Shown here: piece by piece, positions 41,400 to 50,627 of the stretch
Position numbering within the stretch: position 1 is the stretch's first letter
Layout of the letters: every line of letters starts with the position of its first letter
Assembly: GCA_963708075.1 (NCBI GenBank)
Contig: OY970194.1
Span: 288,001 to 352,000 of the forward strand
Origin: Sedimentisphaerales bacterium
GTDB lineage: Bacteria > Planctomycetota > Phycisphaerae > Sedimentisphaerales > Anaerobacaceae
DNA length: 64,000 nt
Direction of reading: 5' to 3'
Translations under genes and position numbers: made by a program
The notes under the pieces: model-generated
The model's database searches: none
Told to the model about the DNA's origin: nothing
Seen by the model: only the letters and a program-made list of their open reading frames with translations

Positions 41400-41431
41400 A
41401 TTGATGATTGATGAAGGATGATTGATGATTT
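41400..41431. repeat. Intergenic heptamer tandem repeat (GATGATT-type)
   Basis: ATTGATGATTGATGAAGGATGATTGATGATTT. Confidence 0.65.
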
Positions 41432-41441
41432 GGGAGCGGTT

Positions 41442-44400
41442 ATGAGCACTCTGCGTATTACTGTGGTCTTTGCTGTCACTGCGATCTGCTGTTCGGGCAC
41501 GACATTTGCCATGTCTGTGGATGAGGCCCTTGCCCGGCTCAAGACCTACAAGTTCGGCCAGGAGAACGAGGCAATCAACACCCTCCGTGATGCGGCCACC
41601 GGATCGTTCAATGACCCGGCGACCCGGCAAAAACTCGCGGCAGGGCTGGCGGCCATCCTCGAATCCGATGCGACTAATGACGCCAGGCACTTCGCTTGCC
41701 GACAACTTACTCTCATAGGCGGCGAAGCACAGGTTCCCGCTTTGGCGAAACTGCTGACGGATCAAGAGATGTCGCAGATGGCGCGATATGCCTTGGCTCG
41801 CATTCCCAGCGAGGCCGTGGATCGCGCGCTCCTCGATGCTCTGAACAAGACGGACGGAGCCAATAGGCTCGGCATCATCAACACACTTGGAAGCCGACGC
41901 AGCAATGCGGCGGTTGAACCTCTGACGAAGCTGCTCACCAATGAGCAGGCAGAGATTGCCTCAGAGGCAGCGGTGGCCCTGAGCCGAATCGGTACTCCCG
42001 CCGCTGCTCACGCGTTGGAAGGGACACTCAAGAGCGGCAACGGCAGGATGGTCGATGCCTACTTGAACTGCGCGGACGCGCTGTGCGCCACGGGCAACCG
42101 TGAGGCGGCGGCTGCCATGTACGGGCGAGTCCTCGATTCCGACCTGCCGGGGTATGTTCGTGCGGCGGCTTTGCAGGGGTGCTCGGTAGCAGCGCCGGCG
42201 GGTGCGGTCGTGACTCGCGTTGTCGCGGCGTTGAAGAGCGGTGATAAGCAGTTGGAGATGGTGGCGGCTGAAGTGGCCAGAGGAATCCCCGGCCCGCAGG
42301 CCAGCTTGCTCCTCGCGACCGCACTTTCTGGTCTTCCATCGGGCTCCCAGGTACGGTTGATCCGCGCAATGGCGGATCGTGGCGATGGTGCCGCACGGGA
42401 GGCTGTGACGAGGGCTTGTGGCAGCGAAGATGCCCGGGTGCGAGCAGCCGCGTTAGAAGCTCTCGGGACGGTAGGTGATGTGACATCGATCCCCATGCTG
42501 ATTAAGGCGACAGGGGGGACAGAGGCTGAACGAACTGCCGCGAGAACGAGTCTTGTGGCCTTGCGCGGCCAAGGCGTGGATGAAGCCCTGATCGCCAGAT
42601 TGAATGCTGCGGATGCACGGGAGCAGGTTGAAGTCATCACGGCAGTGACCTCTCGCGGTGTGGTGGAGGCAGTTCCCGCCATGCTGAAAGCGGCGGGGAG
42701 TAATAAACGGGAAGTCCGGGCGGCGGCTGTTGCCGGGCTGAGAGAACTGGCAGAGGCACAGCATGTCCCGGCGATGGTGGACTTGTTCGCCTCCGCCGAC
42801 GCGGGGGAGCGGGACGAGGTTCGTAAGATGCTCGTGGCGGTGGCCCGCCGATGCAAGGCGGAGAAGCAGGCGTCGCAGGGGGTGGCGGCGAAGCTCGATG
42901 CCGGGACGCAGAACCGCAGTTCGCTGCTATCCGCCCTGGGCGAGTTGGGCGATGAATCAGGGCTGGCGTGGATTCGCAAGGCGCTCGGCGATAAGGATCA
43001 GGACGTGCGGCGGGCGGCGATTGTTGCTCTGGGCGGCTGGCCGAATGCTCAGCCTTTGCCTGACCTGTTGCAGGTGGCGCAAAGTCGGGAGAATGCGACG
43101 CATCAGGTTCTTGCGCTGCGCGGGTACGTCGATCTGGTCGGGCGGGCCGGCTCGATGGCGCCCGACGAGAAGGTGCGGTGCTACGAGACCGCGCTGGGGT
43201 TGTGCTCGAACGCGGCGGAGAAGAGAAGAGTGTTCTCCGCTTTGCCTCAGGTCAAGACGCTTGGAGCCCTGAAACTCGCGGCCGCTCACATGGCGGATGC
43301 CGAGATCGGGCAGGAGACGGCGCTGGCGGCTGTGACAATCGCCAACGGCATCTATGTCACGGATACTGAGCCGGTGAAAGAGGTTCTGCAACGGGTGGCC
43401 GCCGCCGATGTGAGGAAAGAGATCAAGGACCAGGCAAACAAGACCCTCGGCGAGATCGAAATGCGAAAGAGCTACCTGGCTGATTGGGAAGTCGCCGGGC
43501 CGTACATGGAGAAAGGCCAGAACTACTCGCAGTTGTTCGATACACCTTTCGGGCCGGAAGTGAAGGACGCGGAGGTCGCGTGGCGAAAGATGCCGATCTC
43601 TACGGAGGGGCAGCATCCGGCGTATCTGGACCTGCTGAAAGAATTGAATGGTGGTGAACAGCGGGTAGCCTATCTGCGGACGAAGATCGAATCGCCGGAC
43701 GCCAAGCCCGTGACGCTGGAAGTCTTCAGCGATGACGGCGTGAAGGCGTGGCTCAACGGCAAGGTCGTCCACTCGAACAATATCGCCCGGCCGATTATGC
43801 CGGAGCCCGATCGCGTCAATGTCACGCTCGCCAAGGGAACGAACACGCTGATGCTCAAGGTCACACAGAACAATCTGCCCTGGGGCGCGGTTGTTCGTGT
43901 TCGCGAGGCGAAGACCGTTGAGGCCAAGGTCGGCAAGGGCTTCAAGCTGCACGTGATTAACGCGGACTCGCGATTCGAGGCGGCGGGGATTCTCGACGTC
44001 AATCGCGACGGCAAGCTCGACATTCTCAGCGGCGGGTTCTGGTACGAAGCCCCGGACTGGAAGAAGCACTTCGTGCGAGAGATCAAGGAGGAGGGGAATT
44101 ATTTCTATGACTTCGCCAACCTGCCGATGGACGTGGACGGCGACGGCTGGACCGACACGGTCGGGGCGGCCTGGCACAACAAGATGGTGTACTGGGTGCG
44201 CAATCCGGGCAAGACGGATGAGCCGTGGCAGGTGTTTGAGATCGATACGCCGGGGAACATGGAAACGGCCCTGGCGGTCGATATCAACGGTGACGGTCAG
44301 CCGGACATCCTGCCCAATATCATGTCTGAAGCAGCCTGGTATGAGTTTCACCGTGATGCAGCGGCTCCGCAGAAGGTACGATGGGAAAAGCATGCGCTGC

Positions 44401-44990
44401 CGAAAGAAGCGGCGGGGCACGGCAACGGCGCGGGGGACGTGAATAAGGACGGGCGGTGCGACGTGATCGCGCCGCGCGGCTGGGTCGAGCAGACCACCGG
44501 CGGGTGGCAATGGCATCCGGAGTTCGATCTTGGCAGCGCGAGCATCCCGGTCCTTGTCCATGATGTGGATGGCGACGGTGATTCAGATATCATCTACGGC
44601 TTCGGGCACAACTACGGCCTCTTCTGGCTCGAACAGACGAAGAATGGCGACCAGCGAGCGTGGGAGAAGCACCTGATCGACGATTCGTGGTCCCAGCCGC
44701 ACTTCATGCTTATGGCCGACCTCGACAAGGACGGCAAGGATGAACTGCTTACGGGCAAACGCTACTACGCCCATAACGGCAATGATCCGGGCGAGAACGA
44801 CCCGCGCTGCGTGTACTATTACGATTTCGACGGTTCCACGAAGAAGTGGACCCGTCACGTTGTCCACGAGGGCGGCACCGTCGCGTTCGGCATCAACACC
44901 GGCGTCGCCGATCTCGATGGCGACGGCGACCTCGACATTGTGGCCCCGGGCAAGAGTGGATTATATTTGATCGAGAACCTTGTGAAGTGA
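41442..44990 (+). CDS. Secreted HEAT-repeat plus PA14-like plus FG-GAP/VCBS repeat protein
   Basis: Signal peptide; many HEAT repeats (VRAAALEALG, VRRAAIVALG); SDDGVKAWLNG; DVNRDGKLDI, DVDGDGWTD, DLDGDGDLDIV. Confidence 0.85.
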   Translation: MSTLRITVVFAVTAICCSGTTFAMSVDEALARLKTYKFGQENEAINTLRDAATGSFNDPATRQKLAAGLAAILESDATNDARHFACRQLTLIGGEAQVPALAKLLTDQEMSQMARYALARIPSEAVDRALLDALNKTDGANRLGIINTLGSRRSNAAVEPLTKLLTNEQAEIASEAAVALSRIGTPAAAHALEGTLKSGNGRMVDAYLNCADALCATGNREAAAAMYGRVLDSDLPGYVRAAALQGCSVAAPAGAVVTRVVAALKSGDKQLEMVAAEVARGIPGPQASLLLATALSGLPSGSQVRLIRAMADRGDGAAREAVTRACGSEDARVRAAALEALGTVGDVTSIPMLIKATGGTEAERTAARTSLVALRGQGVDEALIARLNAADAREQVEVITAVTSRGVVEAVPAMLKAAGSNKREVRAAAVAGLRELAEAQHVPAMVDLFASADAGERDEVRKMLVAVARRCKAEKQASQGVAAKLDAGTQNRSSLLSALGELGDESGLAWIRKALGDKDQDVRRAAIVALGGWPNAQPLPDLLQVAQSRENATHQVLALRGYVDLVGRAGSMAPDEKVRCYETALGLCSNAAEKRRVFSALPQVKTLGALKLAAAHMADAEIGQETALAAVTIANGIYVTDTEPVKEVLQRVAAADVRKEIKDQANKTLGEIEMRKSYLADWEVAGPYMEKGQNYSQLFDTPFGPEVKDAEVAWRKMPISTEGQHPAYLDLLKELNGGEQRVAYLRTKIESPDAKPVTLEVFSDDGVKAWLNGKVVHSNNIARPIMPEPDRVNVTLAKGTNTLMLKVTQNNLPWGAVVRVREAKTVEAKVGKGFKLHVINADSRFEAAGILDVNRDGKLDILSGGFWYEAPDWKKHFVREIKEEGNYFYDFANLPMDVDGDGWTDTVGAAWHNKMVYWVRNPGKTDEPWQVFEIDTPGNMETALAVDINGDGQPDILPNIMSEAAWYEFHRDAAAPQKVRWEKHALPKEAAGHGNGAGDVNKDGRCDVIAPRGWVEQTTGGWQWHPEFDLGSASIPVLVHDVDGDGDSDIIYGFGHNYGLFWLEQTKNGDQRAWEKHLIDDSWSQPHFMLMADLDKDGKDELLTGKRYYAHNGNDPGENDPRCVYYYDFDGSTKKWTRHVVHEGGTVAFGINTGVADLDGDGDLDIVAPGKSGLYLIENLVK

Positions 44991-45072
44991 TTGATGATGG
45001 ATGATGGATGATTGGCCACGGCGAAGCCCGCGGTGCTCTTCAATCATCAATAATCAATCATCCATAATCAAT
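44988..45072. repeat. Inverted heptamer tandem-repeat element
   Basis: (GATGATT/GATGATG)n left arm, a GC-rich spacer, then a (AATCATC/AATAATC)n right arm. Confidence 0.75.
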
Positions 45073-45092
45073 ATGAATGGGAGATGCGCATC

Positions 45093-46521
45093 ATGCCGAA
45101 ACCTAAGATTGCGATGATCGGAGCGGGGAGTCTTATTTTCTGCAAAACGCTGACGATGGACATCCTGGCCACGCCGGCCCTGCAGGACAGCGAAATCTGC
45201 CTGATGAACCGGACGAAGCCCAAGCTCGACAAGATGAAGGCCTTTGTCAAGGAAGCCGTCGCGGAGAACAAACTGCCGACGAAGGTGACGGCGACGCTCG
45301 ACCGCCGCAAGGCCCTGGAGGGCGCCAAGTACGTCATCAACATGATCCAGATCGGCGGTGTCGACGCGTTTCGCATGGACTACGAGATCCCGCTCAAGTA
45401 CGGCGTCGATCAGTGCATCGCGGATTCTATCGGCCCCGGCGGCGTGTTCCGGGCGCTTCGGACGATTCCAGCCTTGGCCGAGATGTCGCGGGACATGAAC
45501 GAACTGTGCCCTGATGCGATCCTCCTGAACTACGCCAACCCCATGGGGGCGAACTGCTCGGCTCTGGGACGCGTGGCGAATGTCCAGTTCATCGGCCTCT
45601 GTCACGGTGTCCAGACGACGCTCGATCTGATCAGCCGGTACGTGAATGTGCCCAAGGACCAGGTCGATTATGTCTGCGCCGGTATCAACCACATGGCGTG
45701 GTTCCTCGGCCTGAGGGACAAGCGTGACGGCCGCGATCTGTACCCAATCCTCCGCCAGAACGTCGAGAAGCCCGAGTACTACCTGAACGAGAAAGTCCGC
45801 GCCGAGGTCATGCGGCACTTCGGCTACTTCATGACCGAGAGCACGGGGCATCTGTCCGAGTACGTGCCATGGTTCCGCAGCAGTCGCAGGGCGCTGGACC
45901 TGTACTGCGATCAGCCCGGTTTTGGCGGGGCCTCCGGGGCGTACTTCAACTACTGCAATATGCTGGCGGAGAAGTACAAGAAGGTGAACTACCTGGCGAC
46001 CGAATCGAGGAAGATTCAGCGTCGCAGCGTCGAATATTGCTCCTACATTCTCGAAGCCGCGGGAGACCGGCCGCACATTCCAGCTCAACGGCAACGTGCG
46101 CAACGACGGCTACATCACCAACCTGCCGCAGGGCTGCTGCGTGGAAGTGCCAGTCTTCGTCGATTCCCGCGGCCTCCACCCCGTGCGAATCGGCAACCTG
46201 CCGCCGCAGTGTGCGGCCCTGAATCAAAGCAATGTCACTGTCCAGCAGCTTGCGGTGGAAGCGGCCCTGACGGGCGACCCCGAGCACGCGATGCAGGCGA
46301 TCGCGCTCGACCCGCTGACTTCCACCGTCTGCACCCTGAAGGAAGTCCGGGACATGACGCGCGAGATGCTCGAAGCCCAGAAGCAGTGGCTGCCTGAATT
46401 CGAAGGCAAACGTCTGCCGGCCAAGCCCACCGTGGAGATTCCTATGGATGTGACGCCCGTCGATGTCCCGCTCGATCCGGCCCTGGCCATCGCCAACCGG
46501 TTCCAGGAACTGGCCAAGTAG
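45093..46521 (+). CDS. melA: GH4 NAD+-dependent alpha-galactosidase/alpha-glucosidase, about 475 aa with one +1 frameshift (~46062)
   Basis: KIAMIGAGS, NYANPM, GLCHGV, GINHMAW, TESTGHLSEY; ORFs join as LEAAETGRTFQLNGNVRNDG. Confidence 0.88.
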
Positions 46522-46583
46522 CTGACGCCTGAGGCCGCTGTCTGTCATGTCTCGACTGCGCTTCGCTGCGCTCCTGAGAGACT

Positions 46584-46638
46584 GATCGGTTGGGGTACCG
46601 GACTTGCGCTTGCGTAGGCATGGCACCCAAACCGTATC
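46584..46638. repeat. Imperfect palindrome, REP-like (GCATGGCACCC family)
   Basis: CGGTTGGGGTACCGGACTTGCGC-TT-GCGTAGGCATGGCACCCAAACCG; shares its right arm with 61656-61686. Confidence 0.5.
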
Positions 46639-47008
46639 CTGTCACATCGCGTTTCTTCCCGACACTGGCCACCAGGCGGCGTAGCGACTCGACATGGCAA
46701 GTACAAGGGCCGCCACGATATCGAATCATACACGTCTGTCGAAGGACCGTCACATCCAGCAGACGCAGGTTCCACATGTCCCGCTTTTCCTCCAGAGATT
46801 CAGGGTATTCGTCAGTCGCGGGGACACGCCACGTGGTCCACTCACCCATGGGGGACGCAATGCCCGGAGAAACCCGTATCGCCTACTGACTTGTCTATGA
46901 AAATTGAAGTCCCGCCCGATGTCGGTCGAAGAGACTGGTATGGGGCTGTCGCAAGACCCTTGCGGCGTGGGACACGGCTGTTTGCAGTACGCCCGATAGA
47001 GAATATTC

Positions 47009-47037
47009 TTGACAGCCCCGCCGTCGCATGGCACAAT
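47009..47037 (+). promoter_or_regulatory. Sigma70-like promoter
   Basis: TTGACA-17 nt-CACAAT upstream of ATG 47079. Confidence 0.55.
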
Positions 47038-47078
47038 AAGGAAAATACTCAAGGTGGCTAAGTAAAATCCTGTAGAAC

Positions 47079-48164
47079 ATGCGTAGTTTGGGTGTATGTC
47101 TATTTCTTGCAGCGGTTGTTCTGTGCAGCCCCTGCTCCACGTGCCGCTGCTCCGACCAGAAGCTGCCGGCCCAAGCGGCACCCTCCCCAAGCTCCGACCT
47201 GATCGATCTGACAACGATCAAGTCCCTAATAGGCGAACCTATCCAGGTGAGCACGACGGAGCATTTTGCCATTGTTCACGAGGCCGGGGCAAGCTACATA
47301 TCCGGCACGAGCAGAACACTGGAACGCGCCCACCAGCAGTTCTACGAAGCGTTCTCTTTGGCGAGGTTCGACCTGGCCCGGTCGGCGGATCGGCTTGTCT
47401 GGATCTGCTTTCCGCAGCAAAGCAAGTTCGACGAGTATGCCCTGCGCGTGGAAGGAACAGATTTGTCATGGCTGGACGGCTACTACTCGACACTGACGAA
47501 CCGCGTTGCTGTGGTGGAGCCGAGCCCGAGGTCGTTGCAGCGTGACAAGGCGGACGCCCCTTCGAAATCCGGCAGTCTGGTGAATCTCATTGCGAATACG
47601 CAGTCCCACGAAGAGGTTTTGCCGATGTCGGCTGTGGATTCGCAAATGGATGTTGCCAGACTGACGCACGAACTGGCCCATCAACTGGCGTTCAACAGCG
47701 GGCTGCAGAAGCGCGGCGTCATGTACCCGTTCTGGGTCTCCGAGGGCTTGGCCACGAATTTCGAGTTTGAGTGGTTGGCAGGCCCCGGCTTTGCGAACTG
47801 CAGCACAGCGCGGCACGATTGCCTCGTCAAGACTCATGCGGCGGGGGACCTGGTTCCGCTCAAACAGTTCATAGTCCAGGCGAAAGTGCCCGCCAGTGCT
47901 GCCCGCAGCAGGCGTTACTATGCTCAGGCGTGGGCGTTCTTCCAATACCTGCTGACCGAACGTGGTGAGAGCCTGCGGAATTATCTGCTTCGACTCTCGA
48001 ATCTCCCGCCCGGCCAACGCACCGCAAAGGTCTTGCTCCGCGAGTTTACGGGCTCCTTCGGCTCGCTTGACGAGGTGGAAAGCTCATGGAATGCATTCCT
48101 CGATCATCAGGCGCAGCAGACCCAGGATTCGACCGATTCCGCACCCTCGACAATCCAGAAGTAA
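47079..48164 (+). CDS. DUF1570 domain protein (HExxH metallopeptidase-like)
   Basis: GYYSTLTNR, THELAHQLAFNSGLQ, WVSEGLATNFE, YAQAWA. Confidence 0.8.
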   Translation: MRSLGVCLFLAAVVLCSPCSTCRCSDQKLPAQAAPSPSSDLIDLTTIKSLIGEPIQVSTTEHFAIVHEAGASYISGTSRTLERAHQQFYEAFSLARFDLARSADRLVWICFPQQSKFDEYALRVEGTDLSWLDGYYSTLTNRVAVVEPSPRSLQRDKADAPSKSGSLVNLIANTQSHEEVLPMSAVDSQMDVARLTHELAHQLAFNSGLQKRGVMYPFWVSEGLATNFEFEWLAGPGFANCSTARHDCLVKTHAAGDLVPLKQFIVQAKVPASAARSRRYYAQAWAFFQYLLTERGESLRNYLLRLSNLPPGQRTAKVLLREFTGSFGSLDEVESSWNAFLDHQAQQTQDSTDSAPSTIQK

Positions 48165-48389
48165 GCGGTGAAGCAGGCGAGGTCCCTGCAGTATCCGCCG
48201 CCATTCTTATATCCATCTGCGTATTCGCCCTACGAACAATTGGCCTCTTTCCTATAAGCCTCTGCGCACCGTTGCGGTTACTCTGAAGCGTTGGATCGGG
48301 GAGCCATCCAACAGCCTGAGTGTGAATCAGCGGCCACGGGCCGTTGGCTCAGACTGAGATTGGCACTCTATTCTTTGGGGGATAGCAGC

Positions 48390-49967
48390 ATGAACAGAGG
48401 ATTATTCATCAAGGGGCTATTGTTCGTAAGCGTGGTCGGCCTGGTGTGCGGCTACGCGTTTGCGGCACAGTCATCCGCGCAGAACGATCCGAACAAGCCC
48501 GCTACAGGGGACCAGACAACCTCACAGCCGGGCGCCGGCACAGCCGGACAGACAGCCACGCAGCCGGGCGCTGGGATGGCTGGACAAATGGCACAACAGC
48601 CCACGCAGCTCGTGAAGACCAACGATGTGATCGGGAAGAAGCTGGCGAATTCCCAGAACGAGGATTTGGGAACTATCCATGATCTCGTCTTGACGCGGGA
48701 CTACCAGCAGGTGTCTTATGCCGCCTTGGCCCGTGGCGGTGTCCTTGGCGTCGGCAGCAAGCTCTTTGCGGTTCCCTGGACCGCCATCAAAGTGGGAACG
48801 GATGGAAAACCGACAGCCAATATCAGCAAACAGACGCTCGATCAGGCTACGGGCTTCGATGACAAGAACTGGCCCAGCCAGGGTGACTCGCGGCTGCTGA
48901 GCGCCGGCGCCGCAGGTACCGCCGCCATGGGGACAACACCCTCCGATCGATCGACAGCCGGTGCCACAGCATCGTCCGCCGATCAATCACGCAGTTCCGC
49001 CTCCTCTGCGGGCACAAGCCAGGACCCGAACAGGACCATGAGTCGGGACAGGACCCGAAGCACAGTACCCAATGAGGATATGTACTCAGGACGGATGTCG
49101 GCATCGGCGAACAGGGATATCCAGAGTCGCAGGGTGAGCAAGCTCACCGGGTCGTCGGTAAGAAATCCGCAGAATGAGGACATTGGGGACATCGAGGAGT
49201 TTGTCATCGATGCTCCGACGGGACACGTTGCGTACACGATCGTATCCTTTGGCGGTCTCTGGGGAATCGGTGAGAAGTATGCGGCGATACCTACCGGCGC
49301 CGTCGATTTCCAGCCGCGGCAGGGCATCGCCAGGATCAGTGCCGACAGGAAAGCCCTGGAGTCTGTGGCTTTCGATCCCGGCAACTGGCCTGACTTGATG
49401 AACCGCGAGTATTCGCAGCGTCTGCACACGACGTTCAAAGAGGACGCTTCGCGGCCGGCGCTCGGATACGTGGCGCCGGGTGAGTCACAGCAGCCTGCAA
49501 TGAGCTCGCAACAAGCCTGGTCTGCGCAGGGCGAGTACGCCAAGAACTTCGATGCCGGCAAGATCACCACGATCCAAGGAACAGTCCAGAGCGTCGGTAC
49601 GTTCCAGCCGGCGAAAGGCGTTGCCGAGGGCTTGCGTCTGAGAGTGAAGACGTCCGATGGCAAGACGATCACTGTGCATGCGGGCCCGGTGTCGTTCGCT
49701 CAGCAGAAGAATTTCACGCTGAGTCCCGGGGATAATGTCACGATCACCGGATCGGATACCAAGATTGGCTGGCGATCGGCGTTCCTGGCCTCCGAGATCA
49801 AGAAGGGCGACCAGACGCTGCAACTGCGCAGCAAGACGGGCGAGCCGCTATGGTCGATGCAGGGTCAGGCCGGCCAGACAGGCATGTCCAGTCAGACCGG
49901 CACGTCCGATCAGACCGGCACTTCGGGTCAGCAGACGCGGCGCGGCACCACGCGTCCACAGTATTAG
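48390..49967 (+). CDS. Secreted protein with two PRC-barrel domains and a C-terminal OB-fold-like domain
   Basis: Two NxQNEDLG/IG..I.D/E..Y....GGxxGxG.K..A.P repeats; C-terminal VHAGP..GDNVTITGS..LRSKTGEPLW; Q/T/G/S low-complexity linkers. Confidence 0.8.
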   Translation: MNRGLFIKGLLFVSVVGLVCGYAFAAQSSAQNDPNKPATGDQTTSQPGAGTAGQTATQPGAGMAGQMAQQPTQLVKTNDVIGKKLANSQNEDLGTIHDLVLTRDYQQVSYAALARGGVLGVGSKLFAVPWTAIKVGTDGKPTANISKQTLDQATGFDDKNWPSQGDSRLLSAGAAGTAAMGTTPSDRSTAGATASSADQSRSSASSAGTSQDPNRTMSRDRTRSTVPNEDMYSGRMSASANRDIQSRRVSKLTGSSVRNPQNEDIGDIEEFVIDAPTGHVAYTIVSFGGLWGIGEKYAAIPTGAVDFQPRQGIARISADRKALESVAFDPGNWPDLMNREYSQRLHTTFKEDASRPALGYVAPGESQQPAMSSQQAWSAQGEYAKNFDAGKITTIQGTVQSVGTFQPAKGVAEGLRLRVKTSDGKTITVHAGPVSFAQQKNFTLSPGDNVTITGSDTKIGWRSAFLASEIKKGDQTLQLRSKTGEPLWSMQGQAGQTGMSSQTGTSDQTGTSGQQTRRGTTRPQY

Positions 49968-50000
49968 AGCCACCACAGAACAACAAGAGAGTGTCTCATG

Positions 50001-50038
50001 AGCCGCAGCCCTTGGGCAGTGATCTGAGGGCTGCGGCT
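50001..50038. terminator. Strong hairpin downstream of the PRC-barrel gene
   Basis: AGCCGCAGCCCT...AGGGCTGCGGCT 12-bp stem; no clear U-tract. Confidence 0.5.
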
Positions 50039-50627
50039 GCACTCTCCACATGTCACCTCCGGTGCGTCGGCTCGCAGTCTATGGACAAGCGACTCGGCCG
50101 ATAAATCCCGTTGGCTCCGGACGGCTCATCGATTTGTCCGTTTCATGCCGGCACACTGCGCCTTCGATTCAAGCATCCCGGTGAGATAGCTTTCTCTCGA
50201 AGACAATCTCACGACCTCCCTCCTTTTGCCTCTGCTTCGACTCACAGATCATGTCCGTCGCCAATTCCCGCAGAGCCCGTGACGGCTCACCTGCACAGGC
50301 GTCTACTTGGTTGATCCCCAGTCTGCGAAACCAGCGGAAGTCAGCTCAATCCACAATACCCGCGCGGATAGCCTTGGCAGCAGCAACTACTCAGAAATTG
50401 GCGATGCACCGTTGCTTGCTATACTAAGTTACTGTATTATCAGGACTTCAGTGATTGACTGAGATCAGGTGGCAATATGATCCCGGTGGAAATGAAGGAT
50501 ACAGCCGATATAGCGAGCGCCCAGCTTCATATGGTCGTGGTGAAAGTGGGAATCTGGGCAAAATGGCTGGCGAGCAACGATGATAATCGCTCATCTTGCG
50601 CCGCACGGAGCACGGAAAGGCTACAGG

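Noticed and set aside
49540..49860. Magnetosome gene cluster, based on the MamS/MamX-like domain
   Set aside because: No other mam genes and no CxxCH magnetochrome motifs in this protein
49968..50627. 660-bp intergenic region as an ncRNA or small-gene locus
   Set aside because: Apart from the hairpin at 50001, I found no recognisable RNA motif, repeat or credible ORF
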